Shown: positions 49,664-58,845, counted from the stretch's first letter. The stretch: 64,000 bases of DNA from an uncultured Pseudomonadales bacterium (GCA_964511345.1 CAZEEV010000001.1:220342-284341); one strand, 5' to 3'. A program made the numbers and translations. Notes: generated by a model from the letters alone, not told the origin.

Positions 49664-49924
49664 TTATTGATTGTGCCGAGACTCACTTAGTTTTTTCAAA
49701 AGGTCATCAATTTGCTCGGAAGTTGTATCTGGATTAGTTCCTAGGCGAAAAATTTCTTCTCCCAATTCATCACCAAACATTGCTTTGGTATTATCAAGCG
49801 CTTGCTTTTCCAATGGTGCAAGCATCTTGTCGAGTTGTAAAATATTGATAATCGCCAGCCTGTCAGCTGGAGACAAATTATTAAATTCTTCACGAATTTC
49901 TTCAATCTCTGTTTTAACTGCCAT
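49664..49924 (-). CDS. Small acidic hypothetical protein
   Basis: 86-aa ATG ORF with TGCTAAAAT -10-like box just upstream. Confidence 0.6.
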   Translation of the reverse strand: MAVKTEIEEIREEFNNLSPADRLAIINILQLDKMLAPLEKQALDNTKAMFGDELGEEIFRLGTNPDTTSEQIDDLLKKLSESRHNQ

Positions 49925-49977
49925 ATGTTGCTATTTTAGCATATAATGTAGAATTTATAATCTTTGTCATATGTGAA

Positions 49978-50103
49978 AGCGGGTGTCGCCCTGCGGGCAC
50001 TAGGCGGGTGTATCACGCTCTTTTGCCGTCGCCCTCTTCGAGGACTAGGCGGGCGCATCGCGCTTCGCTTGATTTGCGACTCGCCGTCGCCAGAATCTAG
50101 ACT
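49978..50103 (-). mobile_element. Duplicated tRNA-Gly(TCC) 3' end split by two tandem insert units
   Basis: AGCGGGTG (49978-49985) ... CCAGAATC (50090-50097); two units GTCGCCC-hairpin-ACTAGGCGGGYG. Confidence 0.65.
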
Positions 50104-50133
50104 TAAAAAATTCCGTTTTTGCTTTACCACTTC

Positions 50134-50172
50134 ATTTTAAAAATAGCCCATTTCTGGGCTATTTTTAAAATG
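50134..50172 (-). terminator. Terminator of tRNA-Gly(TCC)
   Basis: CATTTTAAAAATAGCCCA-TTTC-TGGGCTATTTTTAAAATG perfect inverted repeat. Confidence 0.85.
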
Positions 50173-50243
50173 AGCGGGTGACCAGAATCGGACTGGCTTC
50201 TTCTCCTTGGAAGGGAGACATACTACCGGTGTACTACACCCGC
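50173..50243 (-). tRNA. tRNA-Gly(TCC)
   Basis: GCGGGTG/CACCCGC acceptor, TCTCC-ctTCCaa-GGAGA; T-loop TCCGATT. Confidence 0.92.
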
Positions 50244-50324
50244 GGTTTTAGATTTTAAACTTTTGTGCTACTGATAAGCAACCCCAATAGTTTACCTCAT
50301 GCTCTATACAAAATAAAGTTGTAT

Positions 50325-51338
50325 CTAGAAAGTTAGGGTGTCAAAGTTTTTAATCGCTTTTTGCAAAGAAAAAAGCTGAATAGTAGGATTATTGGCAGCA
50401 TCAAAAAAACTGAAGGAGGCGAAGGGACCAGGGCTACCTTTCATCAAAAAAGGCGTCACTGCTTTGACTCTAGCATCGCTCCAGATATGCTGTAATGCAT
50501 ACAAATAGTAATCATCCAAATAGTAGTTAGTGAGATACGAAGAGGCCCAACCAGTTTCGGTAATGAAAACTTCGAAATCTTTGCCAGTTTTGTTTTTAAG
50601 CCAATTCAATTCATAGGTAAAACCACGTACGGAATTTTGGCCTTTTTTAGTTGGCGAAGCGGCAAAATCAGGATTCGGATAAGAATGAGAATTCCAATAA
50701 TCGATACTATCAAAAATGCCGTTATCAAAATCATAAAGACTTTTGAGATAGCTAAAAGCCTCTCTTGTTTCATGACTGTTGTTAGCTGCTAAATCCATGG
50801 CCGCGGGCAGAATTTTGTAATTTCTGCCTTCTGAACGAAACCAGCTACTGGTAAATTTCAAGGTCCCTCCATAGAGTAGGGGGTCAATTTTGCCACCCCA
50901 TTCGGCAGCGTGATTCACTTCATTGAAGACAATGACAAATTTTTCATTCTGGTGCCAATCTAAGTTTGACAAAAAATTAGCTAAACTCACGATATCCTTG
51001 CGACTAGGAATTTGCCAAGCATTAAGGTTAGTGTCAAAACGGGTTGATAGACGAACAATAGGAATTACTTTTAACTGATAAGCTTGATCAAAAAACTGCT
51101 GCCATTCTTGATGCTTGCCAATATCATTCAGGGTTAATGGAATTGTAACAAAACGCCAGGCTTCGTCCTTATAAATCTGTCTGAATTGATTAATTTCATC
51201 CGGATGCAAAATATGCATACCGAGAATTTGACTATTGAGGGTTTGTGCTCTAACTTGTTTGGAAACAAAATCAGTCACTAAAAACAAAAGGGCAAAAATC
51301 AGCGATACACAGAGAATTTTTAATTGATGCTTCACCAT
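50325..51338 (-). CDS. Secreted or anchored glycoside hydrolase, clan GH-A TIM barrel
   Basis: N-terminal signal/TM, FNEVNH acid/base, SHSYPN, FITETGW nucleophile. Confidence 0.75.
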   Translation of the reverse strand: MVKHQLKILCVSLIFALLFLVTDFVSKQVRAQTLNSQILGMHILHPDEINQFRQIYKDEAWRFVTIPLTLNDIGKHQEWQQFFDQAYQLKVIPIVRLSTRFDTNLNAWQIPSRKDIVSLANFLSNLDWHQNEKFVIVFNEVNHAAEWGGKIDPLLYGGTLKFTSSWFRSEGRNYKILPAAMDLAANNSHETREAFSYLKSLYDFDNGIFDSIDYWNSHSYPNPDFAASPTKKGQNSVRGFTYELNWLKNKTGKDFEVFITETGWASSYLTNYYLDDYYLYALQHIWSDARVKAVTPFLMKGSPGPFASFSFFDAANNPTIQLFSLQKAIKNFDTLTF

Positions 51339-51382
51339 TTTTCTTGGCTAATTTTAACACAAATGCTATACTAAAAAAAGAG

Positions 51383-52045
51383 ATGAAGAAATATTTATTA
51401 ATTTCTAGTTGGTTTTTATTGTCTACTTTAATAATTTTAGTGGGTAGTTTCGCTTATAGTTTTTATTTTTTATCAGAAAATAATCTACCATCAAAATTTG
51501 AACAAATTAAAACACCAAAAATCCAAAGTCCACAAGAAACTAAAAGTCCTTCCATGCTGGTTACTAGTGTCATAGAAAGCGAAGACGCTAGAGCTCAACT
51601 ACTTGCCCAATTTCTAGAAAGACACAGTTCACCCATGCAACCTTATGATTTCTATGGTAAGAAATTAGTGGAAATCGCCGATCGTTATCAGATAGATTTC
51701 CGTTTGCTCCCAGCAATTGCCATGCAAGAATCGAATTTATGCAAAAATCAAAATCCAGGCGCTCCTAAAAATTGTCTCGGTTTTGGCATTCACAAATCTG
51801 GAACACTTGATTTCGATAGTTATGAAGCCGGCTTTGAGCGAGCAGGTCGTGAACTTAAGGCTTATTACATTGACAAAGGTTTATTGACTGTCGAACAAAT
51901 TGAAAGTAAGTACACTCCATCAAGCAATGGCTCTTGGGCGAATTCCGTTAATCAATGGATGGCAGAAATTCGTTTCGATGATCGCCAAATGGGCAGAGAA
52001 AACGAAAATAATGCTAGTGCTTTGGAATTTGCCAAAGAGCAATAA
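51383..52045 (+). CDS. Membrane-anchored lysozyme-like/glucosaminidase-domain protein
   Basis: TM, IDFRLLPAIAMQES, NCLGFG, KYTPSS..WANSV; ATG 51383. Confidence 0.7.
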   Translation: MKKYLLISSWFLLSTLIILVGSFAYSFYFLSENNLPSKFEQIKTPKIQSPQETKSPSMLVTSVIESEDARAQLLAQFLERHSSPMQPYDFYGKKLVEIADRYQIDFRLLPAIAMQESNLCKNQNPGAPKNCLGFGIHKSGTLDFDSYEAGFERAGRELKAYYIDKGLLTVEQIESKYTPSSNGSWANSVNQWMAEIRFDDRQMGRENENNASALEFAKEQ

Positions 52046-52067
52046 ATTTCCTTCAATCAATCCAGAC

Positions 52068-52095
52068 TTGACTATCTTATAATAATTGCTATAAT
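52068..52095 (+). promoter_or_regulatory. Sigma70-type promoter with no downstream ORF
   Basis: TTGACT-16 bp-TATAAT with extended -10 TGc. Confidence 0.6.
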
Positions 52096-52101
52096 ACCTA
52101 T

Positions 52102-52175
52102 TAACTCAGAAGGTTTACTCCTCACCAGGATCTACGTTCTGAGATCAAAAAATCCCGCTTCTGGCGGGTTTTTTT
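52102..52175 (+). ncRNA. Candidate ~75-nt small RNA
   Basis: Promoter, CTCAGAA/TTCTGAG stem with inner TCCT-CACC-AGGA hairpin, then terminator with T7. Confidence 0.4.
52147..52175. terminator. Bidirectional terminator (tRNA-Leu / candidate sRNA)
   Basis: AAAAAATCCCGC-TTCTG-GCGGGTTTTTTT. Confidence 0.85.
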
Positions 52176-52183
52176 GTAGATTG

Positions 52184-52264
52184 TGCCGAGGAGAGGACTT
52201 GAACCTCCATGGATTACTCCACACGCTCCTAAAACGTGCGCGTCTACCATTTCGCCACCCCGGC
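52184..52264 (-). tRNA. tRNA-Leu(TAG)
   Basis: GCCGGGG/CCTCGGC acceptor, CACGT-ttTAGga-GCGTG, long variable arm, GGTTCAAGTCC. Confidence 0.95.
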
Positions 52265-52292
52265 TTACAAATGATATTATACCCATATAGTT

Positions 52293-52946
52293 ATGGATTA
52301 CCAAATCAAAAGATCAAGTAAATCTCTGTCACTACGCATTAGCATTAATGCCAAAGCAGAAGTTATTGTTAGCGCTCCTAAATTCATGCCTGAATTTATG
52401 ATTCGCAAATTCGTCGAAGCTCAAAAAACCTGGATTGAAAATAATTTGGCCAAAGTCAAAAAAAATCAAATTCCAGTTAAAACAGATGAGCTATATATTT
52501 TTGATAAAAAGTATCAAATCATCATTAACGATCAAGCTGATAAAATGGGTATTTTTGTCAGGGGAGAGAAGATTTTTGTCAATAATTTAAGTAAAAAATC
52601 TCCAACTAAAATCAAACAGCAAATTGAAGATTTCCTCAAGAAAACTGCTTCAAAATATATTGCTACGCGCGCGCAAATTCTGGCCAAAGAAATGAACATT
52701 AGTTATCAACGAATTTCCTTGCGCGAGCAGAGTAGCCGTTGGGGCAGCTGCAGTTCTCGCGGCAACCTCAATTTCAATTGGCGACTGGTGCATTATCCAC
52801 CAGCCATCATTGACTATGTAATTATTCATGAGTTGGCCCACCGCCGTGAAATGAATCATTCCAAAAAATTCTGGGAGCTTGTCAAAAAACACGATAGTGA
52901 ATATCTAATCCACAAAGGGCAATTGCGAAAAAAACGGTATAATTAA
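52293..52946 (+). CDS. YgjP/DUF45 zincin metallohydrolase
   Basis: SRWGSCS, NFNWRL, YVIIHELAH, NHSKKFW. Confidence 0.9.
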   Translation: MDYQIKRSSKSLSLRISINAKAEVIVSAPKFMPEFMIRKFVEAQKTWIENNLAKVKKNQIPVKTDELYIFDKKYQIIINDQADKMGIFVRGEKIFVNNLSKKSPTKIKQQIEDFLKKTASKYIATRAQILAKEMNISYQRISLREQSSRWGSCSSRGNLNFNWRLVHYPPAIIDYVIIHELAHRREMNHSKKFWELVKKHDSEYLIHKGQLRKKRYN

Positions 52947-52961
52947 CTAGCGTAAAAATGT

Positions 52962-53648
52962 ATGTTAAAAGTTATTCACGGCGAAAACCAAGTTGCTTCC
53001 AGAAAAAAATTAGTTGAGCTAATCGAACAAGCCAAAAAGCAAAATAAAGAAATTGTTAATCTGAGTGCAGAGAAACTTGATCGTGCTAAATTAGAATCTG
53101 CGCTACTTAGCGAAAATCTTTTTGGCAATGAGAAATTGCTTATTATTGAGGGAATATATTCTTTACCCAAATCCAAGAAGAAAGACGAGTTCATAGAGTT
53201 AATCTCTTCTGCATCAATTGAGACAATTCTGTGGGATAAAAAATCACTCACTAAAACTGATTTCAAAAAATTACCCACTAATTTAGAAAATTTTGAATTT
53301 AAAATCACACCAAAAATGTGGTCTTTTTTAGACACTCTTTCTCCCAATCCCAAAGCCAAAACTTCAATGATGAAACTTTTCAAAGAAAGCGTTGAAGGTG
53401 ATGGAGCAGAATTTGTTTTTCTAATGATCGCTCGTCAAATTAGAATCTTAATCCAAGTCAAAGAAAACAATCCTCCCAAAATGGCTCCGTTCATGCTGAG
53501 CAAATTAAACAGACAAGCCAAAGAATTTTCTCTTCAAAAACTTTTAGATTTGCACCAACAACTCTATTTAATCGACCAAAAACAAAAACAATCTACAGGA
53601 TTATTGAGCCTGGAGAGCGAACTTGACCTTTTGCTTTTTAATATGTAA
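52962..53648 (+). CDS. holA: DNA polymerase III delta subunit-like (short HolA)
   Basis: IHGEN, NLFGNEKLLII, MIARQIR, DQKQKQSTG. Confidence 0.7.
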   Translation: MLKVIHGENQVASRKKLVELIEQAKKQNKEIVNLSAEKLDRAKLESALLSENLFGNEKLLIIEGIYSLPKSKKKDEFIELISSASIETILWDKKSLTKTDFKKLPTNLENFEFKITPKMWSFLDTLSPNPKAKTSMMKLFKESVEGDGAEFVFLMIARQIRILIQVKENNPPKMAPFMLSKLNRQAKEFSLQKLLDLHQQLYLIDQKQKQSTGLLSLESELDLLLFNM

Positions 53649-53691
53649 ATTAGCGTAGCTAGTTTAACTAGCACTGAAAGGTAAAACGCTT

Positions 53692-55113
53692 ATGTACCAA
53701 ATCGTTAAAAATATTAATCCCAACATTTTTCGCGGTTATGATCTTCGTGGGGTCATTGATGAAGATCTCAATGAGGATGTTTATTACACGCTAGGTCGAG
53801 CTTATGCAACTTTTCTTACCCAGCGCAGAATCAAAGAAGCAGCTGTGGGTAGAGACAATCGTCGCAATGGAGAAGTTTATGCTAAAGCGATGATTGCTGG
53901 CCTTAATGACGGTGGCATTAATACCATCGACATTGGCTACAGTATGAGTCAAATTGTTTATTATTCTTCTTATGAATATCACACTAAAGGCGGAGTGATG
54001 ATTTCTGCTTCTCATAATCCTGGTAATTACAACGGTTTGAAATTAAGTGTCGGTTATTCAGACACCATGATTACAGAAGAAATCGTAGAGCTTCGTGACA
54101 TCGCTGCTAAAGGTGAATTCAGTGAAGGACGTGGCAGCAATCGACAAGATGATATTTTTCCAGCCTACATGAAAAATGTGCTCAAATTATTTGAACTGAA
54201 GAATAATTGGAAAATTGTGATTGATACCTGTAATGCCACCGGCGGTCTGTTTTATCCTGAAATTTTTAGACAAGCTGGTTGCACTGTCATTGAACAAAAT
54301 ACTAACCTAGATAGCAGCTACCCACTAGGTGATCCAGATCCAACTGAAAGCAAAGTTTTAGAAAGACTAGCCAAAGGAGTCAAAGAGAACGGCGCCGACC
54401 TTGGTTTTGCTTTTGATGCAGATGGTGATCGCATGTCGGTGGTTGATGATCAAGGTCAAATTTTATGGATGGACACTATCGTCGCCTTATTCGCCAAAGA
54501 TGTTCTAGAAACTATGCCTGGTGCACCAATTGTCTATAACACACTTTGTTCAAGACAAGTGACTGAAAGCATTGTTGCTGCTGGTGGTAAACCAGTCATG
54601 TGGCTGACAGGTCATTCTTTTATTAAAGCCAAAGTCAAAGAGGCTCGCTCACCTTTTGGTGGTGAACTTTCTGGCCATATTTTCTTCATGGATAATTTTT
54701 ATGGTCATGATGATGGCGCTTATGCCTGTCTACGTCTTCTATCTTATCTTGAAAGAAGAAATCAAAAACTTAGTCAATTGGTGGCTGAATTACCCAAATA
54801 TATTAGCAGTCCAGAAATTAAATTTGGCTTGAGCGATGAAATTAAATTTAAATTCATTGCTGAAATAATCACCAAAGAATTTAAAGCACAATGGCCAGAC
54901 GCTGAATACATTGATATTGACGGCATTAGAATGGATATGTCAGATCAGATGGCGATTATTAGAGCCTCGCAAAACGGCCCCTATGCCACTGTGAAATTTG
55001 AGGCTAAAACTCAAGCTGGTTATGATGATTTGAAAAAAATTCTTAAGAGTATTTTGAGTAAATATTCAGAAATTGATTTACAAAAAGGTACTAATATTGA
55101 AGCTCTAGATTAA
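53692..55113 (+). CDS. Phosphomannomutase/phosphoglucomutase
   Basis: IFRGYDLRG, ISASHNP, FDADGDR, GELSGH. Confidence 0.95.
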   Translation: MYQIVKNINPNIFRGYDLRGVIDEDLNEDVYYTLGRAYATFLTQRRIKEAAVGRDNRRNGEVYAKAMIAGLNDGGINTIDIGYSMSQIVYYSSYEYHTKGGVMISASHNPGNYNGLKLSVGYSDTMITEEIVELRDIAAKGEFSEGRGSNRQDDIFPAYMKNVLKLFELKNNWKIVIDTCNATGGLFYPEIFRQAGCTVIEQNTNLDSSYPLGDPDPTESKVLERLAKGVKENGADLGFAFDADGDRMSVVDDQGQILWMDTIVALFAKDVLETMPGAPIVYNTLCSRQVTESIVAAGGKPVMWLTGHSFIKAKVKEARSPFGGELSGHIFFMDNFYGHDDGAYACLRLLSYLERRNQKLSQLVAELPKYISSPEIKFGLSDEIKFKFIAEIITKEFKAQWPDAEYIDIDGIRMDMSDQMAIIRASQNGPYATVKFEAKTQAGYDDLKKILKSILSKYSEIDLQKGTNIEALD

Positions 55114-55133
55114 TTGATTAAAGAAAGGTCATT

Positions 55134-56207
55134 ATGTCTAATTCTGTTTTAGAAGATCGATTAGCAATTAAAAAAATTGATCCAGATGGCGCCCTCGCTT
55201 CAGCAGAAAGCATCGCCGATCAAGTCAGACAAGTTTGGGAAGAACAAACTCAGATTGATTTAAGCAGCTATAAAAATATCGCTAATGTCGTAGTAGCTGG
55301 CATGGGTGGTTCAGCACTTGGAGCTGATTTTGTTCGCAGTTTTTACAAACACGAACTATCAGTTTCTTTGGAAATTTGCAAAGATTACACCTTACCTAAT
55401 TATGTGAATCAAAATACTTTAGTGATTCTCTCCAGTTATTCCGGTAGCACTGAAGAAACCCTTAATTGTGCCGAAGAAGCAGAACAAAAAGGAGCGATGA
55501 TCGCTGTTATTACCGCTGGTGGTAAATTAGCTCAATTAGCCAAAGACAAAAACTATCCGGGCTACATCATTAATCCTAAATTTAATCCTTCCAATCAACC
55601 ACGCATGGCCACTGCTTACAACATTATGGCTATGATTCTCATGTTGAAAAAGCTTCAATTGCTTAAGTTTGGAGAAGAAGATTTCCATCAGATTTTAGAT
55701 ACCATTAATGCCACTGCTCAACGTTGCTTGGTAGAAGTACCTCAAGACAAAAATCAGGCTAAAATTTTGGCTTACATGTTTGTAGAAAGAAGACCCATTT
55801 TAGTTGGAGCAGAATTTTTGGAAGGTGCTTTGCACATTGCCACCAATCAACTCAACGAAAATGCTAAAATTTTTGCTGACTACAAAATGATTCCAGAACT
55901 CAATCATCATTTACTTGAAGGCTTAACTTTTCCTAAGAGCAATGCATTGAATCATTTTTTTGTCTTCTTTCAATCAGATTTATATCGCAGTGAAGTGCAA
56001 AAAAGAATTTCACTCACTCAAAAAGCTTTGGAAAAAATCGGTATTGAAAGTATTGAAATCAAACTCGAATCTGAAAATAAGTTGATGCAGGCTTTTGAGC
56101 TAGTAACCTTGGGAACTTTTACCAACCTTTACCTGTCATATCTGGAAGGCACTAATCCCTGTCCTATTCCAATGGTGGATTGGTTTAAAGCACAACTAGA
56201 AAAGTAG
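55134..56207 (+). CDS. Bifunctional phosphoglucose/phosphomannose isomerase (SIS)
   Basis: GMGGSA, SSYSGSTEET, QPR, NENAK, PELNHH. Confidence 0.92.
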   Translation: MSNSVLEDRLAIKKIDPDGALASAESIADQVRQVWEEQTQIDLSSYKNIANVVVAGMGGSALGADFVRSFYKHELSVSLEICKDYTLPNYVNQNTLVILSSYSGSTEETLNCAEEAEQKGAMIAVITAGGKLAQLAKDKNYPGYIINPKFNPSNQPRMATAYNIMAMILMLKKLQLLKFGEEDFHQILDTINATAQRCLVEVPQDKNQAKILAYMFVERRPILVGAEFLEGALHIATNQLNENAKIFADYKMIPELNHHLLEGLTFPKSNALNHFFVFFQSDLYRSEVQKRISLTQKALEKIGIESIEIKLESENKLMQAFELVTLGTFTNLYLSYLEGTNPCPIPMVDWFKAQLEK

Positions 56208-56232
56208 TTGGCAATTTTATATACTCTTAGAC

Positions 56233-57489
56233 ATGGCAACAATCTATGCAATGCAAGCACGAGAGATTCTCGATGGTCGTGGTTGGCCCACAATTGAGCT
56301 TGTTTTGTGGTTAGATAATGGTTTTTCCACAATTACCTCTGTGCCATCAGCGATTTCCAGGAGTGAACACGATTCTTTGGAATTAAGAGATTTAGAGAAA
56401 AGAGCTGGCGGTCTTGGCGTACAAAAAGCCATTAACAATATTAATCAAATTATTGCTCCACAAATGATTGGCAAGGACGTCCTCAAACAAAGAGATATTG
56501 ACCAATTCTTGATCGACCTTGATGGCACGACTAATAAAAAAAAGCTTGGTTCTAACGCTATTTTAGCCGTTTCTCAAGCCGTGCTCAAAGCTGGAGCTTT
56601 GAGTGTTGGTTTACCACTTTATCAATATATTCAAAAAAAATATCAATTAATTAGTGAATTTAATTTACCCAATTGTATTATTACCGCTTTGGACGGAGGC
56701 ATTTATGGAGGTAAGAACTTAGACTTCCGCGAATTCTTTATTATTCCCGCCAGTCACATGTCCATAGATAAATCGATTGAAATGGCCATTACTTTGAAAC
56801 AAAAGATTGAAGATTTATTAATTAGTAAAGGCGCAATTCATTCTGTTGGCTCAAATGGGGGATTTAGCCCTAGTCTATACAAAAACACTGATGCATTCGA
56901 ATTATTGATTGAGGCTATCAAACAGAGTAGCTATAACTTTGCTCAAGATTTGTTCTTTGGTCTCAATAGCGCCGCTTATGATATTTATGAAGCTTCAAAA
57001 TATCGCTTACGTGACAATAATGAAGGCATGAGTGCTAATGAATTGATTGCCCTCTATAAAAAAATGAGGGAAAACTACAAACTAATTTATATCGAAGATC
57101 CTTTCGTTGAGAATGATGATGAAAAATGGCAAGAGCTAGTGAGAGAAATTGGTAAAACCACAACCATCGCTGGCTGCAATAACGTTTCTTCTCGAGCTTC
57201 GCTCATTAAGAATGGCATTAAAGATCAAAGCTTTAATGCTGTCGTTATCAAGCCAAAACATCTGGGTACTATCAGTGAAGTCATGGAAAGCGTTAAGTTA
57301 GTTAAAGATTCAAAAATGGATTTAATTATTTCGCAAAGTGGAGGTGAAACCAATGAAACTTTCATTGTCGATTTAGCAGTAGCAGTAGGAGCTAATTATG
57401 TGAAGCTAGGACCTCTTAACAGAGGAGAGCGCATCAGCAAGTATAATCGTTTACTAGAAATTAATCGCGAAATTCAGACTCCAACATAG
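56233..57489 (+). CDS. eno: Enolase homolog with degenerate active site
   Basis: AREILDGRGWPT, LGSNAILAVS, IEDPF, GETNE, RGERISKYNRLLEI; several catalytic and Mg ligands replaced. Confidence 0.85.
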   Translation: MATIYAMQAREILDGRGWPTIELVLWLDNGFSTITSVPSAISRSEHDSLELRDLEKRAGGLGVQKAINNINQIIAPQMIGKDVLKQRDIDQFLIDLDGTTNKKKLGSNAILAVSQAVLKAGALSVGLPLYQYIQKKYQLISEFNLPNCIITALDGGIYGGKNLDFREFFIIPASHMSIDKSIEMAITLKQKIEDLLISKGAIHSVGSNGGFSPSLYKNTDAFELLIEAIKQSSYNFAQDLFFGLNSAAYDIYEASKYRLRDNNEGMSANELIALYKKMRENYKLIYIEDPFVENDDEKWQELVREIGKTTTIAGCNNVSSRASLIKNGIKDQSFNAVVIKPKHLGTISEVMESVKLVKDSKMDLIISQSGGETNETFIVDLAVAVGANYVKLGPLNRGERISKYNRLLEINREIQTPT

Positions 57490-57598
57490 TTTCAGCAAGT
57501 TTGATCTAAAAACCGAAATTTACCCGTTGACCTTTGCCTTTTTTTCGTTTATTTTATGGTTAATCTTCGTTATTTAATTTAAAAGCAAAGGAACTTCT

Positions 57599-58219
57599 AT
57601 GGCCATTACTCTCTATAAAAGACAGCGTCAAATCATTGATTTTATCGCGCAATATGTACAAAAAAATGGTTTTTCACCAACTCTCAAAGAGATTGCTGAA
57701 TCAATTAATGTCTCTTCTTTAGCTACTGTCCATGAGCACTTACAGGCTCTTGAACGCAAGAAGGTCATTCGTAAACACGAGGGAGCAGTGCGTGGCATTG
57801 AGCTAGTTGATCGTACTTTCTTAAATATTACTGACAGCGTTGATTTGCCATTTTTAGGATTCATTGCTGCCGGTTCACCAATTGAACCTCATAGTGATCC
57901 TAACGCTAGTTTCAAAGTTTCTCCAGAGATGATTACTGGCAAGAAGCGCGCTTATGTGTTACAGGTTCGTGGTAAATCCATGATTGAAGACCATATTGAT
58001 GATGGTGATTATGTAGTAATTGAAGAAACTCCTGAAGTAAATAATGGGGACATTGTCGTCGCTCTATTAGATAATGGCCTGGCCACTTTGAAAAGATTTT
58101 ACAAAGAAGTCACTCGCATTCGCTTGGAGCCAGCCAACTCCAGCATGAGCCCAATTTATGCGACCAATGTTCAAATTCAAGGCAGAGTAGTAGGACTAAT
58201 TCGTAAGTTTAGGTACTAA
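57599..58219 (+). CDS. lexA: SOS repressor LexA
   Basis: wHTH PTLKEIA..TVHEHLQALE, IAAGSP cleavage site, VRGKSM, ATLKRF. Confidence 0.97.
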   Translation: MAITLYKRQRQIIDFIAQYVQKNGFSPTLKEIAESINVSSLATVHEHLQALERKKVIRKHEGAVRGIELVDRTFLNITDSVDLPFLGFIAAGSPIEPHSDPNASFKVSPEMITGKKRAYVLQVRGKSMIEDHIDDGDYVVIEETPEVNNGDIVVALLDNGLATLKRFYKEVTRIRLEPANSSMSPIYATNVQIQGRVVGLIRKFRY

Positions 58220-58221
58220 AC

Positions 58222-58776
58222 TTAGTTTTTAAACTCTATTTCTTTAGTTTTGAGTTCTTTGTTAACCCAAGTTCTTAAGGCGTACAAATAATCTGAAACT
58301 CTGTTAACAAATTGCAGAATTACTTCACGCACATCTCTTTCATTGTCTAGAGAAACCATTCTTCTCTCTAAGCGACGGCAAATAGTGCGAGATAAATCTA
58401 AAAATGCGGCAAGTTCTGAACCGCCAGGCAAAACAAATTTACTATGCCAATCTTGTCCCAATTCTTCTTGTAAAAAATCTATTTCTTTTTCTAAAAGCTT
58501 CACAAATTTTGCGTCCAAACGCACTTTGGGAGAAGCTGCTATTTCTGCACCCAATTTAAAAAGTTCATTTTGTAAATCAAGTAAAAAAGCATATTCCTGG
58601 AGCCAAATTTTCGTGCACCCAGACTGTTTTAGTTTAAGCACTACTATTCCCAAACTTGCATTAAATTCATCAAGCGTACCTAAAACTTCAAATACTAGGC
58701 TATTTTTTGGCAAACGCTCACCATTGATTAAAGCTGTTTTACCTTGATCTCCCATTTTGGTATAAATCTTTTTCAT
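58222..58776 (-). CDS. PduO-type cob(I)alamin adenosyltransferase
   Basis: IYTKMGDQGKT, GTLDEFNA, FVLPGG, RTICRRLER, NRVSDYLY. Confidence 0.92.
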   Translation of the reverse strand: MKKIYTKMGDQGKTALINGERLPKNSLVFEVLGTLDEFNASLGIVVLKLKQSGCTKIWLQEYAFLLDLQNELFKLGAEIAASPKVRLDAKFVKLLEKEIDFLQEELGQDWHSKFVLPGGSELAAFLDLSRTICRRLERRMVSLDNERDVREVILQFVNRVSDYLYALRTWVNKELKTKEIEFKN

Positions 58777-58845
58777 ACTCTCATTCTAGCATTAGAATCT
58801 GCCACTACCCAAATCATCAGCTCTCGCTTAGAATAAAATCCCGTA

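Noticed and set aside
49936-50130. 64-aa Arg/Pro-rich ORF
   Set aside because: It is the translation of the GC-rich repeat element; no coding support.
52105-52143. SRP RNA helix-8 resemblance on the minus strand
   Set aside because: Lacks the GNRA tetraloop and CAGG/AGCA internal loop, and the promoter points the other way.
58222-58776. Cobalamin adenosyltransferase without B12 pathway neighbours
   Set aside because: Stand-alone PduO-type genes are widespread; the rest of the genome is not visible.
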